Source: Chloroflexota bacterium
Lineage (GTDB): Bacteria; Chloroflexota; UBA6077; CF-72
Direction of reading: 5' to 3'
Assembly: GCA_016191465.1 (NCBI GenBank)
Contig: JACPOP010000015.1
Span: 210,261 to 274,260, forward strand
Length of the DNA stretch: 64,000 bases
A program made the translations under genes and the position numbers. Numbering within the stretch: the first letter of the stretch is position 1; every line of letters begins with the position of its first letter. Shown here piece by piece: positions 27,679 to 35,043 of the stretch. The notes below the pieces were generated by a model that worked only from the letters and a program-made list of their open reading frames with translations, made no database searches and had not been told where the DNA came from.

Positions 27679-28149
27679 TCACGTGTTGCTCCGATCTCGC
27701 AGGCACCAGAGTCTCCGGGGACTCGCTGCGCAGCTGCTGGCGTGCGGGCGGTTCACGTGGATTAGCACGGCCAGTACGTGCTTGCATCTCGCGGTGCGGT
27801 ATCGGAAGTCGGGGCGGGTGCACTCGCGGGTGTTGGCCAGTTGCAGGATGCTCGGACTCCGATCGCTGGCGATGCCGTAGGCGAGCGGGTTGCCCGTCAC
27901 CACGTCGCGCACCTTGCCCCGCTGGCCAGAGCTGCGAGCCAGGCGCCGCGCCTTCAGCGGGCGCGGGTCGGGGCTCGGCGCCGCCGCGGCGGGACGGTAG
28001 GTCGGGCACTTCTTGAAGCCATGACGGTAGTCGAGCACTGTCTGATCGATCAGCCGCCTGGCCTCGGCGGCGGAGTCATACGTCGTGAGTGCCGGCGTCT
28101 CGATCTCCACCTGGTGCCCACACGCGATGTCCACGATCGTCCGTTCCAT
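27679..28149 (-). CDS. Hypothetical protein with degenerate SWIM-like zinc-finger tail (possibly decaying)
   Basis: ECTRPDFRYRTARCKHVLAVL resembles SWIM CxCPDF...CKHxxAV, with the second Cys replaced by Arg. It runs into the integrase fragment in a different frame. Confidence 0.3.
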   Translation of the reverse strand: MERTIVDIACGHQVEIETPALTTYDSAAEARRLIDQTVLDYRHGFKKCPTYRPAAAAPSPDPRPLKARRLARSSGQRGKVRDVVTGNPLAYGIASDRSPSILQLANTRECTRPDFRYRTARCKHVLAVLIHVNRPHASSCAASPRRLWCLRDRSNT

Positions 28150-28200
28150 CTGTCTTGCCGATCTATTCGCCTACGAAGTGCTAACTCTATGGTAACCTGT

Positions 28201-28220
28201 TGCGTGCCTCTCAGCACGCA
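28201..28220. promoter_or_regulatory. Inverted-repeat operator candidate in the divergent control region of the element
   Basis: TGCGTGC-ctctca-GCACGCA, located between the minus-strand ORF start (28149) and the XRE gene. Confidence 0.4.
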
Positions 28221-28224
28221 CTAG

Positions 28225-28503
28225 GTGCGAGTTGTGACAACACTCGGCAAGCAACTGGCACGCAAACGGTGTACACTCCGCGTTGAGGAGACGCTGTTGG
28301 GACTTCCCCGCCTAAAGGAATGGCGCGAGCGGCGCTTGCTGACTCAGGCCGATCTCGCTGAACGGTCCGGCGTCGCTGAGACCACGATCAACCGCATTGA
28401 GAACGGGCATCACGAGGCGCGATTCAGCACGACGAGGAAGCTGGCCTCAGCGCTGGATGTCCCTCCGTCCGAACTGATGGAGCCCGAGGGCACCAGAACG
28501 TGA
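28225..28503 (+). CDS. XRE-family helix-turn-helix regulator
   Basis: LKEWRERRLLTQADLAERSGVAETTINRIENGHHEARFSTTRKLASALDV. The more likely start is TTG 28297, preceded by GAGGAG. Confidence 0.75.
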   Translation: MRVVTTLGKQLARKRCTLRVEETLLGLPRLKEWRERRLLTQADLAERSGVAETTINRIENGHHEARFSTTRKLASALDVPPSELMEPEGTRT

Positions 28504-28539
28504 CGCACCCGGTGTGAACGTCGAGAGGAGGAGAAGCAC

Positions 28540-28746
28540 ATGACGACGAAGGAACGGCTGCTCGACCTGGTGGACCAGCTCGACGAGGCCGAAGTCGACG
28601 AGCTGCTCGACTACGCCGGCTGGCTCGCCCAGGAGATTGACACACTCACGAGCAAAGAGCTGGCGCGGGTGCAGGCCGGTGAGGCGGAGATCGCCCGCGG
28701 TGCATGCACGACGCTTCAGGATCTGCGCGGCCGCCTCGGGCTTTGA
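28540..28746 (+). CDS. Type II antitoxin (68 aa, acidic)
   Basis: Small acidic ORF whose TGA overlaps the toxin start (TTGA at 28743-28746). Confidence 0.65.
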   Translation: MTTKERLLDLVDQLDEAEVDELLDYAGWLAQEIDTLTSKELARVQAGEAEIARGACTTLQDLRGRLGL

Positions 28747-29006
28747 CCTACACCGTCCGCCTTGCCCGTCAGGCGGAGCGCTACCTCGAACGTCTCCCGC
28801 AGGACGTGCAGCGGCGCATGCTGGAGCGCCTCGGCCAGCTCGCCCACGACCCATACGGCGTGAATACCAAGCCCTTACAGGGCGCCCTTGGGCGGCGCTC
28901 CTCGCGCGTTGGCGGGTGGCGGATCCTTTTTCGCGTTGATGAGGAGGCGTCCGAAGTGGACGTGTCTGACATCGGCCCGCGTGGGCAGATCTACAGGGGG
29001 CTCTGA
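28743..29006 (+). CDS. RelE/ParE-family type II toxin
   Basis: YTVRLARQAERYLERLPQDVQRRMLERLGQLAHDP...LQGALGRRSSRVGGWRILFRVDEEASEVDVSDIGPRGQIY fits the RelE/ParE pattern (RVGDYRIIY..I..RG.VY). Confidence 0.75.
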   Translation: MTYTVRLARQAERYLERLPQDVQRRMLERLGQLAHDPYGVNTKPLQGALGRRSSRVGGWRILFRVDEEASEVDVSDIGPRGQIYRGL

Positions 29007-29095
29007 TGACAGATCGGCCGCGACCTTGCGCCCCGCATGACCCAATTCACTGGACACCGCAAAAAGGCGGTCCCCACGTAGTGAGCAGTACGCCT

Positions 29096-29119
29096 GGGTA
29101 GCAACCGTGGGTAGCAACC
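29096..29119. repeat. Tandem 11-bp direct repeat GGGTAGCAACC x2 (arm-type recombinase site candidate)
   Basis: 29096-29106 and 29109-29119 are identical. They lie ~90 bp inside the right repeat and are flanked by CTGGGT...ACCCAG. Confidence 0.4.
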
Positions 29120-29210
29120 CAGTCGCCCGAGCCTGCCATCCCCCACCCCTTGACGCCTGCTACCCTCCTTGGGGCGACTAATGACGACCCGTCCCGCCCA
29201 ACCTGCGCTC

Positions 29211-29255
29211 AACAAAGGCTTCTTCGACAAGGTGAAAGACGTCTTCGGCGGCTAA
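29211..29255. repeat. Right copy of 45-bp direct repeat (attR-like; orphan dnaJ 3' end)
   Basis: AACAAAGGCTTCTTCGACAAGGTGAAAGACGTCTTCGGCGGCTAA. It differs from the left copy only at 29216 and 29237, both synonymous AAG>AAA. Confidence 0.85.
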
Positions 29256-29422
29256 TCACACCTCTGGTGAAAGCGCCTGCCTCACCCGTTCCCGGAGATT
29301 TGGTCTGTGTTGCGGCAGGCTCTCGCGGATCCGACGGCTGCCCGAGTTTGTCGGTCCTCTATGCGCTGGTTGTTAATGAATGTACGCCCCATGGAAGGCT
29401 CGCAATCAGCTCGCGACCAGGT

Positions 29423-30382
29423 ATGAGTGAGACGCCCAGGAACGTTCCAGCCGCTGCGGCCCCGGACGCGTGGCTCGAGCTGACGTGTGAAGCCGAGCCC
29501 GAAGCGGTCGAGTCCGTATCGGAGGCGTTTGCCCGGTGGGGGCAGGGGGTTGCCATCGAGCAGCCGGTGGTCTCCTCGCGGGACGGAGACGAAGTCTCGA
29601 TACCGGCGGACGCACCGGTGATCGTCAAGACCTATCTGCCGTTGCTGGACCCGGAGACGCCCGAACGGCGCGAGCAGATCGAGCGGGCGGTTTGGGCGCT
29701 GGGCAAGCTCCGCCAGGTCGGGCCGCTGCGCGTCCAGACACTCCGCGAGGAGGACTGGGCGAACGCTTGGAAGGAGCACTTCTTCGTCCACCGCATGGGA
29801 ACGCGGACGGTGGTCGTCCCATCGTGGCGGCAGGATGAGTACGAGCCGCGCGAGGGCGACGTGGTACTGGTGCTCGACCCCGGCATGGCCTTCGGCACAG
29901 GACTCCATCCCACCACACGCCTGTGCATCTCGGCTCTCGAAGGCCTTGTGCAGCGGGGGATGCGGGTTCTCGACGTGGGTGCCGGTTCTGGGATCCTGTC
30001 AATTGGCGCGGCAAAGATGGGAGCCGCCCAGGTCGACGCCGTTGAGATCGAGCATGTCGCGGTTGAAGTCTGCCGCGAAAATGCCAGACTGAATGACGTG
30101 TCCGATCTGGTAGCAGTCCATCAGGGGACGCTCGACCCCGCGCACGGCGATGCCGCTCCCTACGATCTGCTGGTGGCGAACATCACCATTCGGGTGCTGA
30201 CCGAGCTCTTCCCACTGTTTGCCCAGCACCTGCGGCCTGCCGCCCCCGCCATTCTCTCCGGCGTGCTCGAAGAGCGCGCCGACGAGCTGATCGCCGCGAT
30301 GACCGCGGCCGGCTGGCGACACGAGCGCACCGACGTCGAGGGCGACTGGGTGGCGCTGCAGCTTCGCGCTCCCGATGCCTGA
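29423..30382 (+). CDS. prmA: Ribosomal protein L11 methyltransferase
   Basis: WLELTCEAEPEAVESVSEAF, DWANAWKEHF, PGMAFGTGLHPTT, VLDVGAGSGILSI. ATG 29423; the ORF-track extension to 29150 crosses the repeat. Confidence 0.93.
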   Translation: MSETPRNVPAAAAPDAWLELTCEAEPEAVESVSEAFARWGQGVAIEQPVVSSRDGDEVSIPADAPVIVKTYLPLLDPETPERREQIERAVWALGKLRQVGPLRVQTLREEDWANAWKEHFFVHRMGTRTVVVPSWRQDEYEPREGDVVLVLDPGMAFGTGLHPTTRLCISALEGLVQRGMRVLDVGAGSGILSIGAAKMGAAQVDAVEIEHVAVEVCRENARLNDVSDLVAVHQGTLDPAHGDAAPYDLLVANITIRVLTELFPLFAQHLRPAAPAILSGVLEERADELIAAMTAAGWRHERTDVEGDWVALQLRAPDA

Positions 30383-31139
30383 CGGCGAGCGGCCCCCACG
30401 CCACCGCTTCTATGTGCCTGCCGAGCGCTGGGACAGCGCTCGAGTGAGGTTCTCACCCACTCAGCAGCAACAGATGCATCGTGTGCTCCGGCTCAGCACC
30501 GGCGATCTCGTCCGCGCTTTCGACGGGCTGCGGAGTGACGACTCGGTGGCCGCGCTGGCGCAGGAGGATGACGCGCTGGTGGGCGTGGTTGTTGGGTCCG
30601 CGGAGTGCGCCCCGGAGCCGACGCTGAACGTGCACGCCTACCCGGCCGTGCTGCCGCGGGATCGGTACGAGCTGGTGCTTCGGCAACTGGTCGAGGTCGG
30701 CGCCGCGAGCATCACGCCGCTCGTGACCGAGCGCTGCGTCGCCACAATCGGCGACGAGTGGGAGAGGCGGCGGCCCCGCTGGGAGCGCATCCTCGTCGAG
30801 GCTGCCGAGCAATCAGAGCGGGCGCGAGTCCCACTCCTGCGAGAGCCGGCCCAACTGGGACGCGCACTCGCCTCGGCGGCCGCGCTCGGTCCGGTGATCG
30901 TCGCGGACCCCCGCCACGAGTCCGCGATCCCATTTAGTCGCCTGCGGGAGCGGGTCGGAACCCCGGGCACCATCAGCCTGTTCGTCGGCCCCGAGGGCGG
31001 ATTCTCCAGGGACGAAGTTGGTGGAGCCCTGAGAGCCGGAGCCCGGCTCGCGTTTGCCGGGCGCACCGTGCTGCGCGCCGAGACGGCCTCGCCCGTCCTC
31101 GCCGCGCTCCTCCTGCACGCGCTGGCCCGGGACGGCTGA
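30375..31139 (+). CDS. rsmE: 16S rRNA (uracil1498-N3)-methyltransferase
   Basis: HRFYVP...QMHRVLRL..GD; C-terminal FVGPEGGFSRDE...LRAETA. Overlaps the prmA end by 8 nt. Confidence 0.9.
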   Translation: MPDGERPPRHRFYVPAERWDSARVRFSPTQQQQMHRVLRLSTGDLVRAFDGLRSDDSVAALAQEDDALVGVVVGSAECAPEPTLNVHAYPAVLPRDRYELVLRQLVEVGAASITPLVTERCVATIGDEWERRRPRWERILVEAAEQSERARVPLLREPAQLGRALASAAALGPVIVADPRHESAIPFSRLRERVGTPGTISLFVGPEGGFSRDEVGGALRAGARLAFAGRTVLRAETASPVLAALLLHALARDG

Positions 31140-31164
31140 GCGGGCGTCGTACCATCCTCAGACT

Positions 31165-31536
31165 ATGGTGGAGCAGCACGAGCGCGATCGAGAACCCGCC
31201 TGCCTCTTCTGCAAGATTGTCGCCGGTGACATCCCCTCGGCCAGGGTGTACGAGGACGACCGCACGTATGCGTTCCGCGACATCAGCCCGGTGATGCCCG
31301 TGCATACGCTGCTCATCCCCAAGCGGCACATCGCCAACACCCTCGCGCTTCGACCCGAGCACGACGCGGCGGTCGGGGCGCTGCTGCGTGCCGCGCAGGA
31401 AGTCGCTCGCCTGGAAGGCGTGGACGCATCCGGGTATCGGCTTGTCGTCAACACCGGCGACGATGCCCTCAACACCGTGCCGCATCTGCACGTCCATCTG
31501 CTCGGCGGCCGAAAGATGGATTGGCCTCCTGGCTGA
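31165..31536 (+). CDS. HIT-family (histidine triad) nucleotide hydrolase
   Basis: CLFCKIVAGDIPS, and the HLHVHLLGG histidine triad. Confidence 0.9.
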   Translation: MVEQHERDREPACLFCKIVAGDIPSARVYEDDRTYAFRDISPVMPVHTLLIPKRHIANTLALRPEHDAAVGALLRAAQEVARLEGVDASGYRLVVNTGDDALNTVPHLHVHLLGGRKMDWPPG

Positions 31537-31689
31537 TCGGGCCGCTCGACGCGAGCGGTCCCGCCGCTACACTCACCGATGGACCGAGCCAGCGCGACCA
31601 GCGGGCCGCCCCCCGCGCGCCGTTCCTTCCGCGCCTGGGTGAATCACCGCCCGGCGTGCGCTGGTGGAGGGTCAGAGGAGTAGCGCTCG

Positions 31690-32847
31690 GTGGATCTGTT
31701 CGAGTACCAGGGCAAGCAGTACTTTGCCCGCTGGGAGATTTCGGTCTCGCCCGGCGGTGTGGCGGACACGGTGGAGGAAGCGGTAACCCAGGCTGATAGG
31801 GCCGGCTATCCGGTTGTCGTCAAGGCCCAGGTGCAGGTAGGCGGGCGGGGCAAGGCGGGTGGGATCAAGCTCGCCAACAACGCCGATGAGGCTCGCCACC
31901 ACGCCGGCAACATCCTCGGTATGGATATCAAAGGCCACCGCGTCAACCGGGTGTGGGTGGAGCATGCCTCGGACATCAAGCACGAGTACTACGCATCCTT
32001 CACGCTGGATCGCGCGGCCCGGCTCCACCTGGGCATGGTCTCGGCGAAAGGCGGGGTCGAGATCGAACAGGTTGCGGAGGAGGACCCTTCGGCCATAGCG
32101 CGCCTGCACATCGATCCGGTGCAAGGGCTCACCGAGGCGGATGCTCGCACGCTCGTCGAGGATGCAGGGCTGCACGAAGAGGCCCGGGGTGGCGCGGTCG
32201 AGACCCTCATGAAGCTGTACCGGTGCTTCGTAGAAGGCGACGCCGACCTGGTGGAGATCAATCCACTGATCCTCACTCCCGAAGGCCAGGTCCACGCGCT
32301 CGATGCGAAGGTCAGCCTGGATAACAACGCTATGTTCCGCCACCCCGAGTGGGCGGAGTACGCGGCAACCGAGGTGCTGGACGAACGCGAAACCCTGGCC
32401 CGGAGCAAGGGGCTCCAATACATCGGCCTTGCTGGTAGCGTCGGGATCATCGCCAACGGTGCCGGCCTGGCCATGAGCACGCTCGACGTGGTGAATCAGG
32501 CCGGCGGCCAGCCGGCGAACTTTCTCGACGTGGGCGGCGGTGCCAGCGCGGAGGTGATGACCAACGCCCTCGAAGTCATCAACTCCGATCCGAACGTTCG
32601 CGCCATCTTCATCAACATCTTCGGGGGCATCACCCGCGGCGAAGAGGTGGCGAACGGCATCGTCGAGGCGCTCACGCGCGTGCAGATCAACTCACCAATC
32701 GTCATCCGCATCGACGGTACCAACGCCGAGCAGGGGCGGGCGATCCTCAAGGAGCACGAGTCCGACCGGCTCATGTCGCGTCCGACCATGCTGGACGCCG
32801 CGCGCACCGTCGTGGAACTCGCCGCAAGGGGAGCCCGTTCAGCATGA
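31690..32847 (+). CDS. sucC: Succinyl-CoA synthetase beta subunit
   Basis: DLFEYQGKQ, VVKAQVQVGGRGKAGGIK, EINPL, ANGAGLAMSTLD, NFLDVGGGA. GTG start. Confidence 0.97.
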   Translation: MDLFEYQGKQYFARWEISVSPGGVADTVEEAVTQADRAGYPVVVKAQVQVGGRGKAGGIKLANNADEARHHAGNILGMDIKGHRVNRVWVEHASDIKHEYYASFTLDRAARLHLGMVSAKGGVEIEQVAEEDPSAIARLHIDPVQGLTEADARTLVEDAGLHEEARGGAVETLMKLYRCFVEGDADLVEINPLILTPEGQVHALDAKVSLDNNAMFRHPEWAEYAATEVLDERETLARSKGLQYIGLAGSVGIIANGAGLAMSTLDVVNQAGGQPANFLDVGGGASAEVMTNALEVINSDPNVRAIFINIFGGITRGEEVANGIVEALTRVQINSPIVIRIDGTNAEQGRAILKEHESDRLMSRPTMLDAARTVVELAARGARSA

Positions 32848-33728
32848 GCATCTGGGTTGACAGGAACACCAGGGTCATCTACCAGGGCATCACCGGGTCC
32901 GCCGGGCGCTTCTATGCCCTGCGGAACCAGGCCTATGGCACCCAGGTAGTGGGCGGAACGAACCCGAAGAAGGCCGGCACGGACGTGGAGGGGATTCCCG
33001 TCTTTGCCACCGTGAAGGAAGCTGTGGCGCAAACTGGTGCAACAGCCTCGTGCATCTTTGTGCCCGCTCCCGGCGTGGAGTCGGCCGTGATGGAAGCCGC
33101 CGAAGGGGGCGTCACCTTCATCGCGGTCATCACCGAGGGCGTGCCCGCGCAGGACGAAGCGCGCTTTTACAACCGTCTGAAACAGGATTACCCGCGGGTG
33201 CGCTTGCTGGGGCCGAACTGCCCCGGCATCATTACCCCCGGCGAGTGCAACATCGGGATTACCGCCGGCGAGATTGCCACGCCTGGCGGGCCCGTGGGCA
33301 TTGTGAGCCGCTCGGGCACTCTCACGTACCAGGCCCTGTACGAGCTCACCCAGAAGGGGATCGGCGTGACCACGTGCGTCGGGATCGGCGGCGACCCCGT
33401 GCCTGGCACCACATTTATCGATGCGCTCCAGGCGTTCCATGCCGATTCCGCCACGCGGGCGGTGATGTTGATCGGCGAGATTGGCGGCTCCGAGGAGGAG
33501 AAGGGCGCCGCGTTCATCAAGTCCACCCTGCGCAAGCCCGTGGCGGCCTACATCGCAGGGGTGACTGCGCCGGCGGGGAAGAAGATGGGCCACGCCGGGG
33601 CGATTATCTCGGGCTCCAGGGGAACGGCCCAGGCCAAGATGGAAGCGCTTGAGGATGCCGGCGTGCGCGTGGCCATCAACCCAACACAGGCTGCCGAGAT
33701 GATGGCCGAGCTGGTGCGCTCCCTCTGA
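32844..33728 (+). CDS. sucD: Succinyl-CoA synthetase alpha subunit
   Basis: VIYQGITGSAG, GPNCPGII, SRSGTLTY, GIGGDP, and GHAGAII (phosphohistidine loop). 4-nt overlap with sucC. Confidence 0.97.
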   Translation: MSIWVDRNTRVIYQGITGSAGRFYALRNQAYGTQVVGGTNPKKAGTDVEGIPVFATVKEAVAQTGATASCIFVPAPGVESAVMEAAEGGVTFIAVITEGVPAQDEARFYNRLKQDYPRVRLLGPNCPGIITPGECNIGITAGEIATPGGPVGIVSRSGTLTYQALYELTQKGIGVTTCVGIGGDPVPGTTFIDALQAFHADSATRAVMLIGEIGGSEEEKGAAFIKSTLRKPVAAYIAGVTAPAGKKMGHAGAIISGSRGTAQAKMEALEDAGVRVAINPTQAAEMMAELVRSL

Positions 33729-33813
33729 GCGCACCAGGTCGGACGCGGCTTCAGCCGACGCGGCGGTTCTGCTGAGGCCGCCATACGCACTTTGACGCCA
33801 CTGGACCGACTCC

Positions 33814-35028
33814 GTGAGCTACGCTGCTGACGAGCGCGACAGGGCCCGTGAGCGCGATCTGACCGCACTCCTCCGCGAACGGATCGCCCGGCGAGGCGGG
33901 ACCATCTCCTTCGCGGAGCTGATGGAGCAGGCGCTGTATCACCCGTCGCTGGGCTACTACAGCACCCTCCGTGGTTTTGGTGCGGAGGGTGACTTCGTGA
34001 CCAGTCCCGAGCTGCATCCGGTCTTCGGGCTGTTGCTGGCGCGCCAGGTCGCGGACGCCTGGGAAGCGCTGGGCAAGCCCGGTCAGTTTCGGGTGCTGGA
34101 GCTGGGCGCGGGGAGCGGTGCCCTTGCCACAGCCCTGCTCGACGGCCTGGCAGGAGAGTACCCCGCATGCGCCGAGGCCGTTCGCTACGTGGTCCACGAG
34201 GTCAGCGTGTCGTTACGAACGCTCCAGATGGCGCGCCTGGCCGGGCGCAACGTGACCTGGGAGGACGATGCACCGGTGGATGTCTGCATCGCCAATGAGG
34301 TGGTGGACGCCCTGCCCGTGGCCCGGGTGACCGTCCGCGCTGGCGCGCTCGTCGAGCTGCGCGTGGCGTGGTTGGACGACGGCTTCCAGTGGACAGAGGC
34401 ACCCGCGCCAGCGGCGATTTGCCACTACTTCAACCGGCTCGGCCTGCTCCCGCCCGAGGGTGCCGTGACGGAGGTCAACCTGGGCCTGGGGCGGTGGGTG
34501 GCGGACCTGGCCCGGAGGATCCCCCGCGGCGCGGTGTTTCTGCTGGATTACGGCCATACGGCCGAGCACCTGTACGGGCGCCAGCAAGGCACGCTCCTCA
34601 CGTACTACCAGCACTCCCTCGGAAGCGACCCCCTCATCCGCGTGGGCCGCCAGGACATCTCGGCGCACGTGGACTTCACCACCCTCGCCTCGCTGGCCAG
34701 CAAGGCCGGGTTCTCGGTGGCGGGCCTCACGTCTCAGCGCCAGCTTTTGCAGAACCTCGGCCTCGACGCGCTGCGCACGGCGCTCCCGGGCAACGCGGAT
34801 CAACGTGCCCTGGCAGCTCTCACGGACGCGAACGGCCTCGGGCGTATCGGCGTGCTTGCCCTGACGCGGGAGCTTCCGGGGTATGTGCCGGTGGGGCTTT
34901 CCCGCGCTGGAAGGGACCGGCCGGTGCCGGCCGCGCTTCCCCGATTGGCGCCCGAGCCGCCGCCCGCCGACTTCCTGGACCTGTGGCGTGAAGCGTTCGC
35001 GGGCGAGGACGAGGCGCCCAGCGGGTAG
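33814..35028 (+). CDS. SAM-dependent methyltransferase, DUF185/NDUFAF7 (MidA) family
   Basis: LYHPSLGYYS...GAEGDFVTSPELHPVFG...ELGAGSG...ANEVVDALPV. Confidence 0.8.
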   Translation: MSYAADERDRARERDLTALLRERIARRGGTISFAELMEQALYHPSLGYYSTLRGFGAEGDFVTSPELHPVFGLLLARQVADAWEALGKPGQFRVLELGAGSGALATALLDGLAGEYPACAEAVRYVVHEVSVSLRTLQMARLAGRNVTWEDDAPVDVCIANEVVDALPVARVTVRAGALVELRVAWLDDGFQWTEAPAPAAICHYFNRLGLLPPEGAVTEVNLGLGRWVADLARRIPRGAVFLLDYGHTAEHLYGRQQGTLLTYYQHSLGSDPLIRVGRQDISAHVDFTTLASLASKAGFSVAGLTSQRQLLQNLGLDALRTALPGNADQRALAALTDANGLGRIGVLALTRELPGYVPVGLSRAGRDRPVPAALPRLAPEPPPADFLDLWREAFAGEDEAPSG

Positions 35029-35043
35029 CATCTCCAGGACACG

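Larger units (their letters stand above)
27386..29210. mobile_element. Decayed integrative element (~1.8 kb) inserted at the dnaJ 3' end
   Basis: Bounded by the 45-bp repeat. Carries an integrase fragment, a SWIM-like ORF, an XRE regulator, a toxin-antitoxin pair and tandem 11-bp repeats. Interrupts the conserved dnaJ-prmA adjacency. Confidence 0.65.

Noticed and set aside
29150-29422. N-terminal extension of prmA (TTG 29150) and a TTGACG -35-like hexamer at 29150-29155
   Set aside because: The extension reads through the right 45-bp repeat in the wrong frame and has no PrmA similarity. PrmA homology starts at ATG 29423. No acceptable -10 lies 16-19 bp from the hexamer.
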